This document shows, piece after piece, positions 52,313 to 64,000 of a stretch of DNA of 64,000 bases (position 1 is its first letter; every line of letters starts with the position of its first letter). Origin of the DNA: Lama glama. Lineage: Eukaryota. The translations under genes and the position numbers were made by a program. The notes under the pieces were generated by a model. That model was not told the DNA's origin, ran no database searches, and saw only the letters and a program-made list of their open reading frames with translations. Location of the stretch: NCBI GenBank assembly GCA_028534125.1, contig CM052817.1, positions 61,630,001 through 61,694,000 on the forward strand, given 5' to 3'.

Positions 52313-53759
52313 GTAAGCCCCTAAGGTGCAATGGTCATATAAGGTGGAAGAGAGATGAAGAAAGAAGAGATTTTTATGGTAACTAATGCTAAAAATGAAC
52401 ATGTTTCCTCCTCATACGTATTCGTACTTGGTGCAATGAATATTTCTTACAAATACAAAATGACTATGGTTGTTGCAAGTGGATGAAGAGTAGGGAGAGA
52501 CAGTATTCAGCCAGGACACACTGGCATGGCTGTTTTGGTTCTTTAAGGCCAGCCTTCATTCTCGTTGGAGATAGATATATATAGGCCACAAGTTAGATAG
52601 CATTTTGAATATCATCTGTGGACTTGAGTGAATAGTTGAAAGAAAAGTTATTCAGTTAAGTTGTGTAGGTAGAAAAAATATGTATACACGCATATATGAA
52701 GGGAAGATGCTCATAAGATTAATGAGCATTGTGCAAGCCCTGTTGCTAAATACTATGTCTAATTTTAAGCACTGATATTTTAGCATATGTAGATCATTTT
52801 TATATGAAAGAACCTATATAAATTAGTAAACTATATTTTAATGTTATTAATAAGATATTTTAACATTTAGCATGTTGATTTTTCTAGTTCCAAATGGCAG
52901 TCATGGTAATGGAAGTACATTATTGGTTTTATTACATTTATATACTTGCCAGTTCAGTAGGGAACTCATATTGTACAGGGTCATGAAGATTAATCAGTAG
53001 CATTTGCTTCTTACGATAGGCACCCACATTAAAATGATTACATTCCAGATATCTTATTTTTTGGTCATCATTGTCTTATTTCTCCCCCTTAAGAAAAGGC
53101 AGAGCAACTACTATACTATATGTTAAGTAATTCTATACTTGCCAATTGTTCTTCCCTTGGGGGCTACGGTAGTTTTTATAAATAGCTTGCTGACTTCGAA
53201 GAAACATAGTTCTGTTCTTAGGAACTCATCTGGAAAGGGCATTTCTTTGGGGATATGGAGACCATGTGTGGAATTTCAGCTACAGGAAAAATTCTGGGAT
53301 TTAGACAAAGAAATATTGGCTGCTTTAACATTGAAGGCCCGTTCGTGAAAAATTGGTTTGCTCTTAACAGCCATATTTTGTTTTTAGAACCTAATATATT
53401 GTGGACTCATGGTCCCCAGTCTGAAGTTTTCAAGTTCCTAGGGACCTGCAAACAGATTGGGTACCACTGCTCATATTATCCTGGTCAAAGGTACTGATGT
53501 GGAGTAGTTTATCCTTGATTATTAAAAATGAGCAAATATTATTGCTTTAAAAAGGCAGTTTGTTTAGTTTACTCAGTTTTCCATGACATGGAGTTCATGG
53601 AGTAAAAATAACAAAAAGTTCCTCTGGGAAAGACTCTTGTCAGTTTGAAGCCTAATCTGTGGGACTGTCGCATGTGTGATATTGTTGCCCCTGGAGATTT
53701 TTATTGATTGAATTAATGTATTCATTTGTAAAGCTAAGAACACAAACTAAGGGAGTTTT

Positions 53760-54052
53760 AATTTTAAAAGTTGAGATGTAATTGACATACAACATTATAT
53801 TAGTTTTAGGTGTCCAACATAATGATTTGATATTTATATATATTGTGAAATGATCACAATAGGTCACCATCCATCAGCACACATAGTTACAACTTCTTTT
53901 TCCTGTGATAAGAGCTTGTAAGATTTACTCTTAGCAACTTTCAAATATACGATGCAGTATTAACTATGATCATCATGTTGTACATAATATCCCTAGGGCT
54001 TATTTATTTTATAACTGGAAGTTTGTGCCTTTGGACCACCATCGCTCATTTC
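53760..54052 (-). mobile_element. L1MA-like 3'UTR fragment
   Basis: TTGAGATGTAATTGACATACAACATTATATTAGTTTTAGGTGT...TTTACTCTTAGCAACTTTCAAATATAC...TTATAACTGGAAGTTTGT. Confidence 0.85.
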
Positions 54053-55184
54053 TGAATTTTACTTGACAGTGAATAGCAAAGTTTAATGAACTGCTTTTTA
54101 CCCCGCATTAAAATTTTTGATGGAATATGCAAGTGGTTTTATGATATTTGTGGTGAGAATGTGTGGAGGCCAGCATCTTGTAAATATTTCTATCCTTAAT
54201 GCAGTGGATATGTGATACTGAATTCATATTTCTTAAAGTGACTTTTATTGTACCCGGATTAAGAGATATCATACACTATCCTTTGCTGTGTCAGGACCAG
54301 TTTTATTTTTGTTTGCTTGTTTACTTTTTCCTTTTCTTTGGGTGACAGGGATCATGGTTAGACTAGCAGCCCATGCCACCATCAAGCTTCAGACACTCTG
54401 AACATAGATCACATTCCACCCCCAGTGTCTCCAGATCATTGCAAAAGCGCTAAAGCTTTTATTGAAGACTCAATTTTCTATGAATTCACTTTGAAACACT
54501 TAAACATTTTAAAACATTAGGTGAATAATTGTAGGATTATCCCATTTTACAGTCCAATTTAATTTTTAAGAAAGCTTTGCTCATCACATTCTTAAATGGC
54601 TTAAATATACTGATAAGCACTTCTCATTCTAGCAATTTACAGTCTTCTCCTTCAAGATGTTTAAAATGCCTAACCGAAATTCTTATTTGAAGTTAAACTT
54701 TTTCTGGTTTAGTCTGCAGTTGGAGTGAAAGTAAATGAGTCATTTGCATTTTCTCTGGACTTCCTTTGTGTGTTGGACGGTTGCTATGCAGCTCTCTAGT
54801 CTTGCTAGCTCTCTTCCTTCATGCCCCACGCTGCCTCATCTATTTTACAGTTCTCCTTTAGTATCCTGAAATGTTGATGTGATATGGTACTCCACTGTAA
54901 TCCTATTGTAATTTAAAGGAAAAATTACATAATTTTTTAAAAGTATTAACCAATATATTTTCAAAAATAGTGTGAACTTCAATATGGAAATGCTTGGGCA
55001 TGAGCACACAAGGAATAATGAAGTAGGTAGATTCTTATGCGTATGTGTAGCCTCACTATGAAGCCTAGAGCTACAGATGGAGACTGAAAAAAAAGATTGG
55101 TTGTATCAGAACTAAAAACAGCAGTGTGGAGAGTGTGGGTGTGAGTTTTTGATTTGATGAATCAGTTTTGACAAGGTTCTGAAC

Positions 55185-55525
55185 AAACAAATCCCTGACT
55201 TACACAGTTGTGTTTTTGAAAAATTCAGTATGTATTAAAAATCTTTCATGAATACTCCGTGTTTATGTAAAATGGTGTAAGGTTCTAGACTCAGATAATT
55301 ATAGACATATTTTTCACCCCCGTGAGTCTTTAGCTATCTATTCAAAGGCCTGAGGGACCCAAGAGCATTCTTTGTTTGGGACTCTTTGGCATTGCAGCAA
55401 ACATAGCAAGCGTCTCTTCAGCCCATGAAAAGCAAATAACACTCCCTAGTCGCTGTGCAAACCCAAATGGGATCACTTATTTTCAGGAAGGCCAGTCCTA
55501 GGTGATTCTTTTGAGAAGCTTTGGT
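55185..55525. mobile_element. MER20B-like DNA transposon fossil
   Basis: Loose resemblance (ATTCTTTGTTTGGGACT...GCATTGCAG...ACTCCCTAGTCGCTGTGCAAACC). Confidence 0.35.
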
Positions 55526-55839
55526 TTAGGCTAAGGTTTTAAACCTTAGTCTCTTTTCTCAAGCATCAGTGGTTTTTCCCCCCTCCCCTGTAGACTGTCC
55601 ACTTTTTCCTTGTCTTAATGTAATTGATAAGGGTCAGGAATTCACATTTGCTTATCTCAGAATATGCCTGATACATACTGAATGGTGCAGCTGTAATAAT
55701 CTAGGAGTACAAATAAATTTTCAAGCAAATTACCAGTTGCTAACAAACCATTATGGGTGATTACCAAAAAGGTCCTTTCATCTTCTTTTAGTGGAATTCC
55801 ACTAAATATCGAGCATTTTATTTTAAAATATGGGGGGGG

Positions 55840-56075
55840 GGTAATAACACCAAACATTTATGGAACACTTAAGGCATGCAACATAACTGTTTCTTAGCTC
55901 TTATTTTTAAGTCGGCTATCCATCTGATGAAGCAGACATTATTAATCTCTTGATTTTACAAAAGTGAAATCAGAGTCATAGGTTAATTACCTTGCTCAAG
56001 GTCACACAGCTATTAAATAGTGGAGCCAGGATTTAAACTCAAGTTTCTCTGACTCTACAGCAATTGCTCTTAAAT
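55840..56075 (-). mobile_element. MIR SINE
   Basis: GGTTAATTACCTTGCTCAAGGTCACACAGCTATTAAATAGTGGAGCCAGGATTTAAACTC. Confidence 0.85.
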
Positions 56076-57914
56076 TGCAGTGGTGTTAGATGAAATCTTC
56101 TTGAAAGTGGATCATCACTGTTAAAATGTGTCCAGCACAGACCTTCAGAGAAGCTTTCCTAATTTCTGGTAACATTTATCTGTAATTCCTCTTATTCTCC
56201 CTTTTTGGGGTAGCTGTATGTATGGGATATGAAAGTGACCAGTATGCAGCAATTCTGCTTGCTGTTGTTTCAGCGTCAAAGTGGCAGTGAGAAATTGACT
56301 TGCCAACATCATGATGCTCCTCAGCGATAAGCATCTTGAGTTGACACAAGTGAGCTTCATCTCCCTGTGTGATCTAGGGTGACAGAAAATATGAAAACGC
56401 TGCCATGCACCTAACAAAAACTACATGAATTGTAAAACCCAGAAGGCAGAGGGTAATGCTGCTTTCTGTTTACCACCTTCAACTTCAGCTAATGGGAAAG
56501 CCTGCTTTTCATTCATCGGATGCTAGTTACCAGTGAAGAAAATGAGTTTTCATTGCTGAAACTGGTGATATTTGTGGCTTCTAGGTAAACAGTGCCTTCT
56601 AGTCTCCTGTGTGTTACTCTTTTTAGCATTAATAAATTTATTTAAAATAGTCATGTGAGTAGAACAAATGAGTTATTCTTGTGCTTAACAGTGAAATTAT
56701 CAGATTTTAACTTATTTAAAACTTAGAGAGGTTTCCCACTAAAAATAGCATTTGGTTGCAATTGCTGACATACCTTCTTCCAGTTTTCCATTAAAAGACC
56801 AATGAAGACTGAGAAAGAAATACAGTATTGGAGGGAATATAAAGACAGACACTTCTAGAAACTTTGATGCATTTCCTCCACCTAGAAGGAACTGGACTGG
56901 GGAAAACTGGATGGGGAAAAGCATTCTCCCATGAAAAGATAGGCTAGCCAGTCTCAAGTAGGGAATGTGGTTTTCTATTTTCCTAACATCTGCTTGTTCG
57001 AACGCCCATCATCTTCAAACAGTGAGAGAGTGGGATAGCTCTCCATCTGCTGCAGGGATGCTGTTTTTCTGAGGAAGCTGTGGTATTACCATCACTTCCA
57101 CCTCCATTCACTTACGTCTTTCTACATCCGTCCAACAGCTGTAAGAATGATAGAAAACAGCAAGAACGTGAGGACAGGGAGGGTTGGAGTTGCTGACTCC
57201 TGCATCCTCGAAGGAAGAGGTCTCCTCACGTAGAGGGCTCAAATGGGAGACTAAATGGTAGGCAGTGCAGTCATTAGATGATTCTTTTTCATACTAGGAG
57301 TATTTCAGGAGAAGATCCCTCTGCATTCCAGAAGACCAGCTTTAAGTATGCCTGAGAGTCACTGAGGATTGAGCCTGTAACTCCCCATATTCCTGCTACA
57401 ACACTGGAAAGGAGTTTCTGTAACCATCAAGAGCACAGAGAGTCAGGCCAAGCCTATGTTGGTGATGGACACCATCATCATCTTAGAAGAGGCAGTAGGA
57501 AAACTCAATGTGGGATCTATTAACAAATCTGTGCTTGAGGATAAAGGCTGATTGTCCTGAAGACACAGAGAGAGGCACATTTTGGGGAAATATGTGTAAC
57601 AACTAGAAGAACATTAAGAAAACAGTTCACCGTAACAGAACATAAAAGGTATGATATCTATGAAACTGCAGCAGAGAGCTGTAAGAGTACAAACTTGTAT
57701 TTTAATAAAGGTAAAGAAAGACGGCAAGAAACACTAAAAAAGCTGGGAGCAGGATTTGTCTGTGTAGGAAGCAAGGAGAATTAATGTTTTGAAAAGGTGA
57801 GTCAATGATGTTAACAAACTTGAGGAACTTTTGAAAACATTTCATGATACGAAAGTCTCCCTGCCTAATAATGTAGCTTCAGTGTCCCTAAATTGGATGC
57901 TGAAAGAACAAGGA

Positions 57915-58140
57915 GAATCAATTTGGGAAGCTGCTTGCTATCCAAATGTGTTATGATTTACTTCATAAGTCATTTATGATTTGAAAAGTCATAATAAATG
58001 TTAGCACATTATAATGCTCTCTGAGAAATCCTGCAATAAAGACGTCTTTTAACTTAGCTTGAATTGGTTTATACCATCTTATACCATAAAACACAACATC
58101 TCCCAGAAGAGTATTCTTTAAATACCAGATTGGGAAACAA
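57915..58140. mobile_element. MER113-like hAT fossil
   Basis: GCTCTCTGAGAAATCCTGCAATAAAGACG...TTTAACT; a similar motif occurs at ~10160-10210. Confidence 0.4.
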
Positions 58141-60774
58141 TATGTTAAATTTAAAACTATACATATTTAAGTGAAATGGAAGTAAATACACCAAATAACT
58201 TAAAATTATCTCTGAATAGTAGAATTCTTACACTTATATGTAAGTCTTAAATTTTCTTCAAAGAATTTCTTCAATGAGAATGCAATGCTTACGTAAGAAA
58301 ATGCAGCAAATGCATTAAAAAATTGTTAGGGAAATTCCAGCTATAAAAGTTAATAGTGATTAGAGGAACCATCATTCTGGTGGAATTCATGTCATGATTA
58401 TTTTGGTATTACAGAATTTTGTTAAAATGGTGAGAGATGTTTTGATCAAATTTTTAATGATACAGAATTAGTCCCTCCTTAATTACGAATGGTGAGCTTC
58501 AGAAGACTAACAAATTGAATTATCTTGAGTCAAAATAGAGTGAAAATAGTGGTTTCTTAATTTTGTTTTAATCAAGAACTGAATACAACCCTTGCTGGTT
58601 TATTAACCCCAACCATTTGAAAAATGGGACAGGGAGGTTAGTTGCTGTTTGTTGATGGTTGAGGAGGGTATGTGTGTGTGTGTGCACTTGCAAACTGTGT
58701 GTTTCAGCTTTCTAACTTCCTCCTCCTCCTCTTCATTTTTAGTACATCAGAGTGGAAAACACTAATCCTACCTTGTCAGTCTTTCTCCACCTTTCCAAGT
58801 CAACTTAAATTCTAATTATTCACAGATGAAATGAAGTCTGAACAATTTTTCTTGATGTTTCTGTGCTGTTTCTTTTACAGAGAACTATCTTTCTTTTTGC
58901 AGCTATGTTAATATACAGGCACATCAGTCTAGTTTACTGTTGCCATAATCATATTTTGTTAATGTGAGAATTTTTAGATTAACAGGGAAATCTGGAAGTG
59001 ATTTAGATCCTTGCCTTTTTGAAAAATTTGAATTGTCCCATCAGACTGTCTAGAGCAAGTTAAATTGGGAGATGAGAGAGTTAAGGTTCAGGAAGCTACA
59101 TTTTGTTAGAATGGGTAATATTCACTGTAAGCTGTAAAGTGAAGTTGAAAGAAATGCATGTTTTAGTTAATAATTTTTTTAAAAAACAGTTTTCTGTCTT
59201 TTCAGTTATCCAAACTAATTTTTTATGATTCACACTGAAGACTGAAGCACACAACATGAATACTCTTCTCATGAAGGACACTTTAATGCTGAAGAGTCAG
59301 TACACCAGTCTTACTTTGTGTCCTCTAGTATGTATAGGGTAAAATAGCGTTTCTTCCCCCACATTAATTTACTAGGCAAGACTAAATTTCAGAAGGCCGT
59401 CGCACATTTATTTTTGAAACAGTCAAAGATAGAAAATACTGTAATCCTCATATGGCTAACTCCTGCATTCTTGATTTGGTGAACACTTTGATCAGTGTAG
59501 TGTGGCAGTTTTGCAGCCAGATCCTAACCCAGGTGGCATAAAGATGAACCTTAAAACAATGGGCTTCAGTGACAAGGCTTTAAAAAAAAAGAGTTAATAG
59601 GTGGTAATAGTAATAGAGAAATTTGTGAAAATAATAAAACATTTTTGAGTTATTTTGGCCTCGACTGTGAGCAAAAATTACTTAATTGCATATCAGTGAA
59701 TAAGGGTGGTATAGTTAGGATTTCAAAAGTAAACCGTTCCCATTTCATCCAATGAAAAATACTCCTTCCTGAGTCTCCAGGAGCTTGGTTAATGTTTTTC
59801 CATTGGATCATCGTGGTTTTGGGGATTTTCGTCTGTAACTAATTAGAACAATTAAAACTTGTTTCTTTTTTTAAAATTTGAAGTTCTGCCTCCTTGGTGG
59901 AACTCTGTAATTGGAGTGAGAGCAAATTTTTCTTTCCTGCCTCCGTTCTCCCTAACACTTCCTAAACTGGGTGTAGCACTGCTGATAAAGGGAGAAAGTG
60001 AAGCTTAAAAGAATTAATGTGGCTGTTACTTTATTCTACATCCAGATTTTCTTTACTAAGAGGGGAAAATTTGGTCTCCCTTGAATAGGGAAGAAATAAA
60101 GTAAGATCTGCGAATTAAATATGCTATAAACTTCAGGAGCAGAAATTGTATATTTAGAAGCATATAGAAATCCAGAAATGTCATTAAGATGCTGAACAAA
60201 TACTGTTCCCCAAATAGTCACAGATGCTACAGAATGAGCAATACATAGTCAGTCACAAAGGGCAGCTCTTGAGGACAGGGACCATTTCTTATTTTTTAAT
60301 TCCTAGGTCTTGAATAGCAGTTACATAGAAGGTTTGCTTTTTCCACCAAGAAAAATTTTAAAACGGGGGCATAAAGATTCAATCTGTGAATTAAATTGTA
60401 TCTGTCTTACTAAACTTGTTCTGTTGGTTGGTTTCTTACAGCCAGGCATATCTCTTTTTTTAAAGAAGAGGTGTTTGCTACTTATACTCTTTTTTTTCCC
60501 CCAAGTTTTGTAGGAATTTGCCCTTCCTCGTACTAAGTATTGGGATGATAGTATGTTTTATAGTAGTTGCAACCAGCGTTGGAGTTTGGCAGCCCTGTGT
60601 CGTCTTCTAGGCATTTCTGCGGCCAGTCTCTCCAAGTTCTTGGACTAAGTCCACCTAAAAGTTCACTTTTATTTGTCTGTCTCTGTCACAGATCCCATTC
60701 CGCTTCATTCTATCCCATTCTTTTATTGCTTCATATATGTGTATATACTTTTTTTCGTCTTGAGAGTTACGGGT

Positions 60775-61000
60775 AATGTAGTACAGTGATTAAGGGAAAG
60801 GGTGCTATGGCTAAACTGGATTCAAATTCCACCTCTGCAGTATACATAGTAGCTGGATCATTTATGGTAAATTATTTAAGCTCTCTGTGTGTCACTTTCC
60901 TGATGCATAAAATTGGGATCATTATATCACCCCTCAGAGCTGTTGCAAGATTAAGTGTGATAATGCGTCTGAAGTGCTTAGAGCAGTGTGTAGTGCACAT
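60775..61000 (+). mobile_element. MIR SINE, near full length
   Basis: TGGATTCAAATTCCACCTCTGC...TAAATTATTTAAGCTCTCTGTG...AAGTGCTTAGAGCAGTG. Confidence 0.8.
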
Positions 61001-61288
61001 CTGAATTCCTTTGTCTTTCTTTGAAGGCTGATTAGAACTTGATATTACCTGTTTCATCCCAGAGAGTTTTCTGACCCAGTTTGGTGTTTGTATTTCGCTT
61101 TGACCACACGTGGACTCTTCCTTTGGTGTGCTCCACCCATGCCCTGCATGCTCCTGAAATACTATCCACACTACTCCCGCTACTGGAGTTCTAATGATCC
61201 GTGAGGGTGCATGTTAAGCCTCCTCCCCTTTTCTTACTGTCAAAGTAAAAGCATGGTCCCTGAACTCACAAAATTCATATTACCAAAG

Positions 61289-61388
61289 NNNNNNNNNNNN
61301 NNNNNNNNNNNNNNNNNNNNNNNNNNNNNNNNNNNNNNNNNNNNNNNNNNNNNNNNNNNNNNNNNNNNNNNNNNNNNNNNNNNNNNNN
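61289..61388. other. Assembly gap (100 N)
   Basis: Run of exactly 100 N, the usual placeholder for an unsized gap. Confidence 0.98.
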
Positions 61389-62188
61389 AACCTGCTACCA
61401 ACACTGAATCTTGACTGAAAAGCCTTAAAAACTAAAGATAAGATGACTTGGGAGATTCCAAATTTAATTATAAATTTTAGGAACTTTTTTTTTTAACGAA
61501 AGATTTTAGTTTAGAGAGTTTTGTGTTTAATAGAAATGGTGCTTCTAGTTAGCCCACCAGATTGTAATTGGCTCTGGAGAGTGTCAGATGGTGGTGGCCA
61601 CCACAAGGAGTAAAGTGGGGCAGTGGAGGACACTGTCTTTGGCAACATAGGGTAGTGAAAAACAGCCCTAGGATTTTTTTTTCCCCACTAAAAGTCTCCC
61701 TAAGATCTTCAAGCTATTCAAAGTGAAAGGTGAGGAAAATAGTAGCTCTCTGTATTTATTTTGCAGTTACTATAAGGTTTCTAATTTAGGCTGTGTATTT
61801 TCCTTTAATGTTTCATTTTGACATAATATATTTTAAAATGGACTTTTCTTGTGGATAAACATTTTATGATATGATTTTTCTCAAGTTCTAGGCGACCATG
61901 TGGCTGTGTTTTATTTACTTGACTCATTTGTGATGAGAACCAGACTCAAGCTTATTTCAGAAATAGTGTTAATTATACAAATGAAAGAGGCAGATCTCTT
62001 TTTGATTCATCTACACGTTTCAGAGTTGCTCTGTAGTGCATTCCTGAAACTTTATCTGAATAATCATACAACATTTTCTCATGTTGGTGGGTATTTTATA
62101 CTTACCCATTGGAAGTTATATTTAATTAAATGGCCACACAATGATGTGTGGTTGTCAGGCAGAATGAGATTCAGCACATGGGTAGCTA

Positions 62189-62691
62189 CAGTTGTCCCCC
62201 CTTATCTGTGGTTTTGCTTATCACGGTGTCTGTTACCCATGGTCAACCAAGATCTGAAAATATTACATGGAGAATTTCAGAAATAAACAATCCATTAGTT
62301 TAAAATTGCACACTGTTCTGAGTAGTGTGATGAAATCTCACATCTTCCTACCTGGGAGGTGAATCATCCCTTTGTTCAGCATATCTATTCTGTGTACCCT
62401 ACCCACCAGTTAATCACGTAGGAGCCACTTTATCGGGTCGACTGTGGAGGTATTGCTGTGCTTGCATTCAGGTAACTCTTATTTTAGTTAACAGTGGCCC
62501 CAAAGCGCGAGAGTAATGATGTTGGCAGTTTGGGTATTCTCTATCTGTGCTTAATTTATAAGGTAAACTTTATCATAGGCATATATGTCTAGGAAAAGAG
62601 ATGGTATATATGGAGTTCAGTACTGTTGACAGTTTCAGGCATCCACTGGGGGTCTTGGAACATATCCTGCATGGATAAGGGGGGACTACTG
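62189..62691 (+). mobile_element. MER44B-like (Tigger7-derived) non-autonomous TcMar transposon, complete
   Basis: TIRs CAGTTGTCCCCCCTTATC / GATAAGGGGGGACTACTG, flanked by TA duplications at 62187-62188 and 62692-62693. Confidence 0.9.
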
Positions 62692-63809
62692 TAGTATATG
62701 GTGATGAGGTTAAAGGTAATGGAAGATAGATTCAAATGTAGATGACGAATTGTGTACTTAAATTGTTTTTCTAATTATAGTAGGTTTTAGTTGATCTTTT
62801 AGTGGTGTATATAAAAAAAGAAGAAAAGTAAAAAAGTTGGTAGATCATTGTTATATTCTCAAGTATCAACAGTTGGAGTGGGAAAAATTAAAGGAATGTG
62901 TGTTGTAGTAGCAGGACTGTGAAGAAACCGTGGTCTGTGGCTCGAGTGCCGGTCACTGTAATGACTGGAGTCTAGTCTCCAGAACACCCTCTCTCTGGGG
63001 TACAACCCCAACACTGATCTAACCTCTCGTGTTTTGCATCTGCTTCATGGCAGGTGGGCAGTACTGGTGGCAGGTGGGAGGATGTTAGGATAAAACTCAG
63101 GATTAAAAAAAAACTTAGGTTATTAAAAAATCAACATCAAGGTACTGTTCAGAAGATTTTGGTGAGAGGAGTAGGGGTAGAGGGAGGATCAGGAAGTCAT
63201 TTTGGATATGAGGGTGAGCTGAATTCCATAGGAAGGAGATGTTAAATGCTGTTTCTGATCTATGTAATTTTGCATTTCTTTTACAAATGGGTCATTTAAT
63301 AAGAGAGACTTATGAAAAGACTTAAATTGTATAGAAGTAGAGCATTTCTTAAAATTTCTTGACTGTAGATTAGGAACTTGACTTAGTTATATTAGGTCAT
63401 TGCATTTGACAAAGGAGTACTAGATCAAAGTGCTTTTATTATATTTTGAAAATACTAGTACTAGAGGTTAAAAGTCAACAAAAAGTGAAACTTAGCTTGA
63501 TTGCCCCTTAATCAAATTTATCTAAATCATATCCAAAATTGTAAATCTTTGACTTATTTTTTTCTATTTAAGTATGTATTTGTTGCACACAATATTTTTA
63601 ATAGCTTCATAGTGTATGGAGGTTTGTTTTATAATTTACAACTATGTACTTCAATACAATAATTTATAGAATAATAAGAATTTTCAGGTTTATGGATATA
63701 GTCTAGATTAATTCAGAAATATAAATGTGGATTTAATTATTTTTACTTATTAAAACTCATAAGAATGTAGTATATAGTTCAAAACACAGATCTGTTCCAA
63801 TTGCTTTCT

Positions 63810-64000
63810 ACTTGAAATCTTTAGCATTTCCCATCGCCTTCAAGATGAAGTCCAACATCTCTATCATGGAAGCCTCCTCTTTTTCATTTATTCATTTATA
63901 AAGCTTCTATTTGTCCCAGTCTGCTCCCTGTCCCATTCCTTAGAGGGATTATGTCATCTTCCATAACATATCCCTGTAGCTTTTCAGAGGTTGACCATTT
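63810..64000 (+). mobile_element. L2 fragment running off the window end
   Basis: CATTTCCCATCGCCTTCAAGATGAAGTCCAACATCTC. Confidence 0.55.

Noticed and set aside
59256..59342. Short ATG-started frame downstream of a good acceptor (MNTLLMKDTL...)
   Set aside because: Only ~28 codons, a weak donor and no recognisable protein
1..64000. CRISPR arrays, operons, defence systems or other prokaryotic systems
   Set aside because: The sequence is clearly mammalian; the short direct repeats (7644, 34767, 42145, 51318) are local duplications, not repeat-spacer arrays

Overview
Mammalian (eutherian) nuclear DNA, AT-rich and repeat-dense, with no prokaryotic features and no protein-coding exon I can recognise. 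A tRNA-Ala(AGC)-derived SINE of the Vic-1 type at ~50.4 kb points to a camelid (camel/alpaca/llama). The + strand looks T-rich by eye and almost all L1 copies lie on the - strand, which fits the inside of one large intron of a + strand gene; I cannot identify the host gene. The content is mostly L1, L2, MIR, MLT1 LTRs and DNA transposon fossils (MER53, MER44B, MER119, MER5, MER33). The only ORFs in the track with recognisable homology are broken L1/L2 ORF2 pieces. The most unusual structures are: (1) a three-tier nested L1 carrying an orphan, CpG-rich young L1 5'UTR; (2) an internal L1 ORF2 fragment with a perfect 13-bp TSD but no 3'UTR or poly(A); (3) a solo poly(A) insertion with an 18-bp TSD; (4) a CRE/UPRE/AP-1 motif cluster; (5) a MER53 hairpin retaining the miR-1302 seed; (6) a few weak cryptic-exon candidates. 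I found no convincing evidence of a new biological system. Repeat family names come from recalled consensus sequences, not a database search, and most boundaries are approximate.
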